Of a DNA stretch of 64,000 nucleotides, positions 11,301 to 19,700 are shown piece by piece. Location of the stretch: the NCBI GenBank assembly GCA_963740315.1, contig CAVUDP010000002.1, positions 2,400,001 to 2,464,000 on the forward strand, read 5' to 3'. Made by a program: the position numbers and the translations under genes. Below the pieces are notes generated by a model. It searched no databases and was not told where the DNA came from. It saw nothing but the letters and a program-made list of their open reading frames with translations. Position 1 is the first letter of the stretch, and each line of letters begins with the position of its first letter. The stretch comes from an uncultured cyanobacterium (lineage in GTDB: Bacteria > Cyanobacteriota > Cyanobacteriia > Cyanobacteriales > Nostocaceae).

Positions 11301-13758
11301 AAAAGGGTTGAATATCAAACTAAACGGCAGTAACTACATATCCGAGAAAACCAAACAGCGATGGGAAAAAGCGTTAAGCGAAAAGCATCAAGTCGAAATA
11401 GAAGCGAACAAACCCGTAGTTGCCTCTTTATCTACAGCAACCATTACGCAAACCCCTGAAAGTACTTTCGCTAACAGCAACGGTAACGGCGGCATCGGGC
11501 AAGCGGGGCAAAGAGACAAGGAGACAAAGAGACAAGAAGACAAGATAGAATCCACCTCCATCCCCGCGAGCAACAACGGAAACGGACGTAACAAAGTAGT
11601 AGCAATAAAAGAGGAGACAAGGAAACAAGGAGACATAGGATCTACCCCCTCCACCCCCTCCACCCCCTCTTCCCCCTCCCCCTCTCCCTCCCCCGCACCG
11701 CAGTCAATCTCTAAATTAAATATGCATATGGAAACTAAACCAAACGAACTTATAAACTACGAACAAGTTTTAGAAAGCTTGGAATACGTTTTAACTCAAT
11801 TTGGACAAAATCAAAGCGAGAATTTGCAAGTTCACGCACAATATCTTAATCATCAAGTGGAATATGTTAAAACATTTTTCCAACTGATGCAGCAACAAAA
11901 TTCCTTGTTTGGTAAAACTGAATCTACCGAAGCACTCAAGCCAAAAGTTGTTGAAAGCTTAGAGCGCGGTATGATTAAGTTCCACAGCCATCAAGGTGAT
12001 ACCCTGCGCGTTCACGAACAGTATTTACAAAATCAAGTAGAATATACCAAGAACTTCTTCCAACTTTTACAGCAAGAATACGAACAGATAGTTGAAAACG
12101 AAGGTGATATTGAACTCAAAACAAGCTTGACAATACCCGTCACTGAAAATCAAAATAATGCTGCTTCAATAATTGAGAAAAAAGAAGCACCACCTACTAA
12201 TACACAACCAATCGAGACAAATACTGTTACCGAAGTTAGTTCTGTTAAGACAGCTACAACAATTGAAACCGAACCAGAATTGAAGTCAGAAGCTGCAATT
12301 GAAAATGGTAATGGTTTTCAAAAAGATTCTATCCCTACTACCAATGTAGACTTATCCGATTTAGCTACAAACCTCTTAGCCATTACCAGTGAAAAGACGG
12401 GTTATCCTGTAGAAATGCTGGAGATGGATATGGATATGGAGGCTGATTTAGGCATCGATTCCATCAAACGAGTTGAAATTATGGGTGCATTGCAAGAAAT
12501 GTATCCCGACCTACCTAAATCTGATAACGTAGAAGAATTAAGCGAACTGCGTACTATCGGTCAAATAGTAGAGTATCTGCAATCTATGTGTTCTAGTTCT
12601 TCTAGTTCTTCTGGTAGCACCCCGGTTGAAATCGAAACGGTAGAAATTGAAACAGAAATTCCAGAAGTTGAGCCTCCGGTAGTTGATATTCCTACTGCGG
12701 AAGTAGAAACTCCAGAAGTAGAAACAGTAGAAAGTTCAGCAGTTGATACCAGCAACCTCGGTCAAAGTATGTTAGAAATAACCAGCGAAAAGACGGGTTA
12801 TCCTGTCGAAATGCTGGAAATGGACATGGATATGGAAGCCGATTTGGGTATTGACTCTATTAAACGGGTAGAAATCATGGGTGCATTACAAGAAGCATAC
12901 CCGGATTTACCCAAACCCGATAACTTAGAAGAAATAAGCGAACTACGGACAATCGGACAAATAGTTGATTATCTCCAGACATTATCTGGGGGTGAAAAAA
13001 AAAAGTTACAGTCTGACACCAGCCAGCCATTAAATCAAATCGGGGGGGTTGTAAGACACAGGGCTAAATTGCAACCCCTTCCCGAACCAGATTTTTTAGA
13101 ATTTGCACTAGCATCGGGACACATCGCTTTAATTACCGATGATGGTTCCCCCACCACTTCCGAACTAGCCGAGTCTTTAACTAAAAGCGGTTTGTCCGTC
13201 TGCGTTTTAAGCTTTCCTCAATCAATAATTGGCGAACGTTCGGTACTATCGAGCAATATCAAAAACATAATTTTAGAAGATTTAAGCGAGGAGCATCTGC
13301 AACAACAGTTAACGGCAATTGCAGCTAATTGCGGTCCCATAGGCGCTTTCATCCATATTCATCCAATATTTAACAGCACGGCGCAATCGGTAAACTATTT
13401 CCCAGAAGAAAAAGCGATCGTCAAACAAGTTTTCTTCATCGCCAAACATCTTAAAAAATCTCTTAATACAGCAGCAGAAAACGGACGTAGCTGCTTTTGT
13501 ACGGTAACTCGACTTGATGGCGCTTTCGGGCTAGAACAAAAAATTAACTTTGGCGCTATTGCTGGTGGATTATGCGGACTAACTAAAACCCTTAATTGGG
13601 AATGGGCACAAGTCTTTTGTAGAGCAATTGACATCCACCCCGAAATCGGTGCTGGCAGTTGTGTCAACCACATCCAAGCCGAATTACACGATCCCAATCA
13701 TCTAATTACCGAAGTTGGCTACGGAAATCAAGGAAGGATAACAATTACGGTTGAGTAA
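8380..13758 (+). CDS. hglE: Heterocyst glycolipid synthase (PfaA-like): KS-AT-linker-ACP-ACP plus C-terminal HglF-like KR structural subdomain
   Basis: KS DAACASS, HGTGT, GHTKAAAG; AT GHSFGE, AAFH; two LGIDSIKRVEI ACP motifs. Confidence 0.95.
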   Translation: MSVQPFDKALAQLEEQINNCEKAVKRFIKVKQKMPSQESISMNKVNTQLQHTPIAIIGMASIFPEARNLQEYWQNIVNKIDCITDIPETHWNLDDYYDANPRTAADKTYCNKGGFIPQVDFNPMEFGIPPNILEVTDVSQLLSLVVAKEAMEDAGYDEKREFSRDNIGVVLGSAALKLGVPLSARLQYPVWRKALKSSGLSDEDTEKIIEKIQSAYVKWDENAFPGMLSNVVSGRIANRFNFGGLNCTVDAACASSLAALKVAIGELVEHRSDMMLTGGVDTDNSITAYISFSKTPAVSPGDKVKPFDAKSDGMMLGEGLGMMVLKRLSDAERDGDKIYAVIKGVGTSSDGRFKSIYAPRKEGQVSALRRAYEDAGFDPSTVDLVEAHGTGTMAGDPTEFASLREYFSEDNSKKQHIALGSVKSQIGHTKAAAGAASLIKTVLALHHKILPPTINVTQPNPKLNIKNSPFYLNAETRPWIRAQGQSPRRAGVSSFGFGGTNYHIVLEEYNSDRDSAYRLHKAPDQVLLFAENQAELLQHSLTTLEKLQSATGNKHYSELVEASKFKEIPQSYARIGFVASSISEACKRLQVSIDLLQNKPSATEWEHPTGIHYRAEGLDLAGKVVALFSGQGSQYLNMGKEVLMNFPPLRQMYGYMDSLLLKDNLQPLSEIVFPHPVFEEEEKNAQIAALQRTEYAQPAIGMLSAGYYKVLQQAGFKPDFVAGHSFGELTALWASEALSDADYCALVKARGQAMAAPEDPNHDTGAMLAVKEDLGKIEVFLKDYPKVQIANLNSPRQVVLAGPTPEIHRLQKILHDSGCAAVVLPVAAAFHTPLIAFAQKSFAIATKSIEFKSPKIPVYTNVTAKQYEREPRDLQKTLESQLSNSVLFKQEIENIYADGGYCFVEFGPRKILTNLVKDILGDRPHMAVALNSSPRKDSDYCLREAVIQLRVAGITLKNLDPYQVPSVVKPTEAKKGLNIKLNGSNYISEKTKQRWEKALSEKHQVEIEANKPVVASLSTATITQTPESTFANSNGNGGIGQAGQRDKETKRQEDKIESTSIPASNNGNGRNKVVAIKEETRKQGDIGSTPSTPSTPSSPSPSPSPAPQSISKLNMHMETKPNELINYEQVLESLEYVLTQFGQNQSENLQVHAQYLNHQVEYVKTFFQLMQQQNSLFGKTESTEALKPKVVESLERGMIKFHSHQGDTLRVHEQYLQNQVEYTKNFFQLLQQEYEQIVENEGDIELKTSLTIPVTENQNNAASIIEKKEAPPTNTQPIETNTVTEVSSVKTATTIETEPELKSEAAIENGNGFQKDSIPTTNVDLSDLATNLLAITSEKTGYPVEMLEMDMDMEADLGIDSIKRVEIMGALQEMYPDLPKSDNVEELSELRTIGQIVEYLQSMCSSSSSSSGSTPVEIETVEIETEIPEVEPPVVDIPTAEVETPEVETVESSAVDTSNLGQSMLEITSEKTGYPVEMLEMDMDMEADLGIDSIKRVEIMGALQEAYPDLPKPDNLEEISELRTIGQIVDYLQTLSGGEKKKLQSDTSQPLNQIGGVVRHRAKLQPLPEPDFLEFALASGHIALITDDGSPTTSELAESLTKSGLSVCVLSFPQSIIGERSVLSSNIKNIILEDLSEEHLQQQLTAIAANCGPIGAFIHIHPIFNSTAQSVNYFPEEKAIVKQVFFIAKHLKKSLNTAAENGRSCFCTVTRLDGAFGLEQKINFGAIAGGLCGLTKTLNWEWAQVFCRAIDIHPEIGAGSCVNHIQAELHDPNHLITEVGYGNQGRITITVE

Positions 13759-13760
13759 TT

Positions 13761-13935
13761 AAGGTTAAAGGTTAAAGGTTAAAGGTTAAAGGTTAAAGGT
13801 TTAAATTCTCCTTGTCCCCTTGTCTCCTTGTCTCCTTGTCTCCTTGTCTCCCTATCTCCCTATCTCCCTATCTCCCTATCTCCCTATCTCCTTGTCCCCT
13901 TGTCTCCCTATCCCCTTGTCTCCCTATCTCCTATT
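13761..13935. repeat. STRR tracts (AAGGTTA; CTCCTTGT/CCCTATCT)
   Basis: Tandem 7- and 8-mers directly after the hglE stop. Confidence 0.9.
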
Positions 13936-13954
13936 CCCCGTTCCCTAAAAGGGG

Positions 13955-13984
13955 CTAGAGGCTTCGCAATTGCGAAGCCTCTAG
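13955..13984. repeat. Perfect 30-bp palindrome
   Basis: CTAGAGGCTTCGCAA-TTGCGAAGCCTCTAG. Confidence 0.9.
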
Positions 13985-14112
13985 GGGGGGAAGTGGGGAG
14001 TTGGGGAGTAAAGGAGTCCTCGCGGGTTAAAAAGCTAAAACTTATAACTTTCTCGAACCCCTTGGAACTCCGTCTTCAAAGTTAGGAGTTTTGAATTACA
14101 TACTAATATACC

Positions 14113-14706
14113 ATGTCTGAACATCAAAAAAATAATTATGTCGGTCGCGTTGTCGATTGGAGTAAACAAGCACCTATTCGAGCCGCAAAAATCACATTTG
14201 AGAATGATAGTGATGATAGCTCAGTAGTTTGTTACAGCGATCTAGAAGGAATTTACCGATTTTCTGCCAACCCCAATAACAACGGAGTTATTCAAGGAAA
14301 AATAACGGTAGAAGCGAACGGTTATCAAACTTATCAATCCAACATTAATTCACCAGGAGATAAACCCGATCTTGGCGATATTACCCTTGTTGGAGGTACT
14401 AGTACAACTCATACGACGACGAATGTAAAAGAAACATCCGCATCAAGTACGGATAGCACTAACACGGATAGCACTAACACGGATAGTGGAAATAATACGA
14501 ATAGCACTACCAAGAATAATACGAATAATACAAATAATTCTGACAGCGACCAATTAATTCCAGTGTTAATAGCTTTGATGGTAGTTTTTTTCACGTTCAC
14601 CACATTTGCTATTGTATCTGCCATAAAAAAAGAGCGTTTTGATAATAATAGACCCAATAATTACATCAACTTCCATCAATTACCAATTAATCAGGTCAAA
14701 GGTTAA
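14113..14706 (+). CDS. Hypothetical protein: carboxypeptidase-regulatory-like beta domain, Thr/Ser/Asn-rich linker, C-terminal TM helix
   Basis: GRVVDW...PIRAAKI...GIYRF...VEANGY pattern; STNTD repeats; [21 protein letters not shown] helix. Confidence 0.65.
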   Translation: MSEHQKNNYVGRVVDWSKQAPIRAAKITFENDSDDSSVVCYSDLEGIYRFSANPNNNGVIQGKITVEANGYQTYQSNINSPGDKPDLGDITLVGGTSTTHTTTNVKETSASSTDSTNTDSTNTDSGNNTNSTTKNNTNNTNNSDSDQLIPVLIALMVVFFTFTTFAIVSAIKKERFDNNRPNNYINFHQLPINQVKG

Positions 14707-14791
14707 AAGTTAAGTTTTTTAGCTGTTAAAGCAAGGATTAAAATCCTTACTACAAACATAGATCGGTTATCATTATTACTTATAAAAACTC

Positions 14792-16531
14792 ATGAAAACA
14801 GCAACTTCAATTCATCCCGAATCAGTTTTTCTTGTTAGCGGTGGTGCTAAAGGTATTACTGCAAAATGCGTTGTTGAATTAGCACAACAGTATCCGTGTA
14901 AGTTTATTTTACTAGGTCGTTCGGAACTTTTAGAATCTGAACCTTTGTTTGCAATAGATTGCTTTGATGAAGCAGTTTTAAAAAAACGCATTATGGAAGA
15001 TTTGCTTTCCCAAGGAGAAAAACCTACTCCCATGCAGGTTAAAAAGATTTATAATCAAATTATTTCCGACCGGGAAATTAAACAAACTTTGCAAACAATT
15101 AAAAAAGTAGGTAGTGAAGCACAATATATTAGCGCTGATGTCATAAATCAAAATGATTTACAGCAAAAAATAGCTGCTGTTACAGAAAGTATGGGTAAAG
15201 TAACTGGTATTATTCATGGTGCGGGTAATTTAGCTGATAAGCTAATTGAAAAAAAGACGGAAGCGGATTTTGAAAAAGTTTACAGCGCCAAAATTCAAGG
15301 TTTAGAAAATTTACTTGGTTGCGTTAATCTTTCTGAATTAGAACATTTAGTTTTATATTCTTCTGTTGCTGGTTTTTACGGTAATGTCGGTCAATCAGAT
15401 TACGCTTTATCTAACGAAATTCTCAACAAATCGGCTCATTTGCTCAAACAACAGTATCCTCAATGTCATGTAGTGGCTATCAATTGGGGTGGTTGGGATA
15501 GCGGTATGGTAACGCCGGAATTGAAGAAAGAATTTGCACGTCGGGGTATTGAAATTATTCCGGTAGAAGCGGGAGCAAAAATGTTAGTCAACGAACTTCA
15601 TGACTCTTTCCGCGATTCTACACAAGTTGTTATAGGTAGTCCGATTTCTCCACCCCCAGCACCCTTAAATTCTCAGTTGAGAAGTCATCGCATTCATCGA
15701 CGATTAACAGAAGCAGCCAATCCTTTTATACAAGATCATATAGTCGGTGGGAAGCCGGTTTTACCTGCTACCTGTGGAACCGCATGGATAATTAATGCTT
15801 GCGAACAGCTTTATCCAGGATATAGGTTTTATTACTACAATAATTTTAAAGTATTGAAGGGAATACCTTTTGATGAAAAACTAGCAGATGAATATATCTT
15901 AGATTTAGAAGAAATCGCTAAAAATGAACAGCAAGAAATAATTTTTAAAGCAAAAATATGGAGTAGAAATAGCAACGGAAAAATTAATTTTCATTTCAGT
16001 ATTGATGACATTCATTTGTTACCGAAATATAGCTCAAGCCCAACTTACAAACAATTGAATATGACCGAAGATAATGTCATAACTATCACGGGTAATGACT
16101 TTTATCAAGAAAATTCATCAATATTTCCTTTATTCCACGGAGAATCTTTCAAAGGACTTACAAAAGTATTAAATATTAGTCCAGAAAAGATTACTACTGA
16201 ATGCGTTTGGCAAGAAATCGATCGCAAACAACAAGGGCAGTTTCCCATTCAATGGGTAAATCCTTTCTCCGTTGATTTGAGTACTCATCCTTTATGGATT
16301 TGGTTGCAGCATTATCATCAAGAAATTTGTTTACCCGCAGAAATTAAAAAACACGAACAATTTGCAGCAACTCCCAGCGATCGACCTTTTTACGTTTCTT
16401 GCGAAGTTACAAATAAAACCAATAGCAGTGTTAGTGCGGATTTCACAATCCACGACAACCAAGGTAAAATTTATTCCCGTTTATTAGGTGGTAAAGGAAT
16501 TATTATTCCAACTAAGTCTTTGAAAAAGTAG
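14792..16531 (+). CDS. hglG: Heterocyst glycolipid ketoreductase/dehydratase (KR-DH)
   Basis: VSGGAKGIT, GNVGQSDYA, DH motif DHIVGGKPVLP. Confidence 0.9.
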   Translation: MKTATSIHPESVFLVSGGAKGITAKCVVELAQQYPCKFILLGRSELLESEPLFAIDCFDEAVLKKRIMEDLLSQGEKPTPMQVKKIYNQIISDREIKQTLQTIKKVGSEAQYISADVINQNDLQQKIAAVTESMGKVTGIIHGAGNLADKLIEKKTEADFEKVYSAKIQGLENLLGCVNLSELEHLVLYSSVAGFYGNVGQSDYALSNEILNKSAHLLKQQYPQCHVVAINWGGWDSGMVTPELKKEFARRGIEIIPVEAGAKMLVNELHDSFRDSTQVVIGSPISPPPAPLNSQLRSHRIHRRLTEAANPFIQDHIVGGKPVLPATCGTAWIINACEQLYPGYRFYYYNNFKVLKGIPFDEKLADEYILDLEEIAKNEQQEIIFKAKIWSRNSNGKINFHFSIDDIHLLPKYSSSPTYKQLNMTEDNVITITGNDFYQENSSIFPLFHGESFKGLTKVLNISPEKITTECVWQEIDRKQQGQFPIQWVNPFSVDLSTHPLWIWLQHYHQEICLPAEIKKHEQFAATPSDRPFYVSCEVTNKTNSSVSADFTIHDNQGKIYSRLLGGKGIIIPTKSLKK

Positions 16532-16545
16532 GAATTGGGAATAAG

Positions 16546-16670
16546 TAGGAGTTAGGAGTTAGGAGTTAGGAGTTATGAGTTATGAGTTATGAGTTTTCTA
16601 TCTCCCCCATCCCCCCATCTCCCCATCTCCCCATCTCCCCATCCCCCCATCCCCCCCTCTCCCCCCTCCC
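16546..16670. repeat. STRR tracts (TAGGAGT/TATGAGT; CCCCATCT)
   Basis: Tandem 7- and 8-mers. Confidence 0.9.
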
Positions 16671-16718
16671 TGTATTAATTAATAATTGTTCATTGATAAT
16701 TGATAACTAAATAAAAGT

Positions 16719-19700
16719 ATGGAAAAAATAGCAATCATTGGGTTTTCATGCCTATTCCCCGACGCTAAAAATGCGGAAGAATTTTGGCATAACTTAATTG
16801 AACAAAAAGATTCTAGTTCATCCCTAAGTATCGATGAAATTGGTATTGAACCAACTATATTTTACGATCCGGTAAAAGGTAAACCAGATAAAGTTTACTC
16901 GTTACAAGGGGGATTTGTTCGTAATTTTAAATTTGATGCATCGGGATACAATCTTCCTGCTTCATTGCTACAAAACCTAGATGATACCTTTAAGTGGTCG
17001 CTTTATGCTGCGAAGCAAGCATTACAAAATAGTGGTTATTTGGAAAACGAATCTGTTCTTGCCAAATGTGGAGTACTGTTGGGCAGTCTCTCGTTACCGA
17101 CGAAATCATCAAACCAATTGTTTGAGCCGATTTATCAACAGGTGTTAGAACCTGCAATTAGAGAACTTTTGCAGGAAGAGAACTTTGATTTAGCTGCTTT
17201 ACCTAACAGTGAGGAAACTTCATTTTATAATGCAATGATCTCCGGTTTACCTGCCGCGATCGTTTCTCAAGCTCTATCTCTGTCTCACATCCATTTTTGC
17301 TTAGATGCTGCTTGTTCCTCACCTTTGTATGCTACTCGGTTAGCGTCTCATTACCTGTGGACGCATAAAGCTGACTTGATGTTAGCAGGTGGTATAAGTT
17401 GTGCAGATCCGATGTTTATCCGGATGTTATTTTCCGGTATCCAAGGCTATCCCGAAAACAATGATATCAGCCGCCCCTTAGATAAATCCTCACGGGGATT
17501 AGTCACCTCAGAAGGCGTGGGAATGCTGGTTCTCAAACGCTATAGCGATGCAGTTAGAGATGGCGATCGCATTTATGGCTGCATTGTAGGTAACGGACTT
17601 TCCAATGATGGCAGGGGTAAACACTTACTCAGCCCCAACCCCAAAGGACAAGTTTTAGCTTTTGAAAAGGCTTACACCGAAGCACAACTCGATCCAAAAA
17701 CTATCGACTATCTGGAGTGTCATGCTACCGGAACTTTGTTAGGAGACAGTACCGAATTTAATTCTGTTGAAACCTTCTTTGGTAGATATGGAGCAACTCC
17801 CCTATCGGGTTCGGTAAAATCTAATATCGGACATTTGCTTACTGGTGCCGCTAGCGCCAGCCTGGTTAAAGTACTCTTAAGTATGAATAAGGGTATTATC
17901 CCGACAACTATTAATATTACAGACCCCATCGGTTCGGAAGATAACGTAATATCACCCAGTCGGATTGTCACAAGTCCTACAAATTGGCAATCAAAAAGCG
18001 CATCTATAAAACGTGCTGCCGTTAGTGCTTTTGGCTTGGGTGGAACCAACGCCCATACAATTTTAGAACAAAATAACAATACCCAAACCCAAGAATCGAG
18101 TCAGCCCCTCAAACCAGTCAAAATGGCGATCGTGGGAATGGACAGCTTCTTCGGGGGTTGCGATGGCTTAGATGCTTTTGAAAGGAGTATTTATCAAGGA
18201 AAACAACATTTTATTCCTCTACCCGAACAAAGATGGCATGGTGTAGAAAAGCAAACAGAATTACTTGAAAAACATAATTTAACCGACGGAAAAGCACCAG
18301 CGGGAGCTTATATTAGCGAATTTGAAATTGATACCGTATCTAGTAAAATCCCCCCCAACGAACTAGGAAAACTCAACAAACAACAACTGTTGATGCTCAA
18401 AGTAGCCGAACGTGCTTTGCAAGATGCGGGTATCAAAGAAGGAGATAACGTAGCAGTTTTAATTGCTACAGAAGCTGAGTTTTCCGTTCATCAAGTCCAA
18501 CAAAGATGGAATCTATCTTGGGAAATTAAAGAAGGATTAAGTACTGGTGCAATATCCCTATCATCTGATAAAGTTAATAAGTTAGAAACCATAGTTAAAG
18601 ACGGAATTCATCATCCCGTTGACAGCAGCGAGTTTATCAGCTACATCACCAATATTATGGCGAGTCGTATTTCCTCGCTGTGGGACTTTACTGCTCCTGT
18701 ATTTACCATTTCCGCTGGCGAAAACTCCACATTTAAAGTTTTAGAAGTAGCGCAACATTTATTATCCACTGGGGAAGCAGATGCCGTATTAGTGGGTGCC
18801 GTGGATTTAGCAGGCGGCATGGAAAATGTTTTATTAAGAAGCAAATCGGCAACAGTTAATACAGGTGTAAATACTCTCAGCTATGACCATAAAGCCAACG
18901 GCTGGACGGTTGGCGAAGGTGCGGGAGCAGTAGTTTTAAAGCGACATGAAGTAGCCAAACAGGAAAATGAGTGCATTTACGCGGTTATCGATGCAGTTAG
19001 TTTGACGCAAAAAAATGCTACCAAAAATGATTTGCAAAATCGTTTGGGTGCTACCGATGCTAATACAGTTGGTTCCGTCTGTCAGCAAGCTTTTGATGCG
19101 GCAGGAATCAAACCTTCAGAAGTGTCTTATCTGGAAGTTTTTGGTAGCGGTATTTCCCAAGAAGATCGAGCAGAAATTAATGGTTTACTTCGGGCTTATC
19201 CAAGCGGTGCAAACGAATTAACCTGTGCTATAGGCAGCGTTAAAGCTAATATTGGTCACACCTATGTTGCTTCGGGAATTGCGAGTTTAATTAAAACAGC
19301 TTTGTGTCTCTACTATAGATATATTCCCGCAACACCAAATTGGACTGGTGTGAAAGATATTAATGAGTGGGCTAACAGTCCTTTCTATGTTGTTCCAGAA
19401 TCAAAACTTTGGTTTCTTAACCCCGAAACTAATAAAAGAACGGCAGCCATCAATAGTATGGGTATAGATGGGACTTACGCTCATTTAATAATATCGGAAG
19501 AACCAAGTCAACAAGACCGCAGCAGCAGATTTTTGCAGCAAATGCCTTTTCATTTATTTCCAATTATCGGAAATAATCGCGAAGATTTATTACAGCAAGT
19601 TGATAATTTGCAAAATGTAGTAAATGAGGGAACTTCTCTTCCCGTAGCTGCTAAAATGACTTTTGCCGATTACCAAAAACGCAGTCAAGATTCGTACACA

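Noticed and set aside
9024..13697. Antisense ORFs within hglE and other long genes
   Set aside because: Shadow frames of well-supported genes with no recognisable motifs
13828..14085. 85-aa ORF (MSPCLLVSLSPYL...)
   Set aside because: Translation of STRR tracts; the same applies to ORFs at 38151, 48313-48946 and 34490
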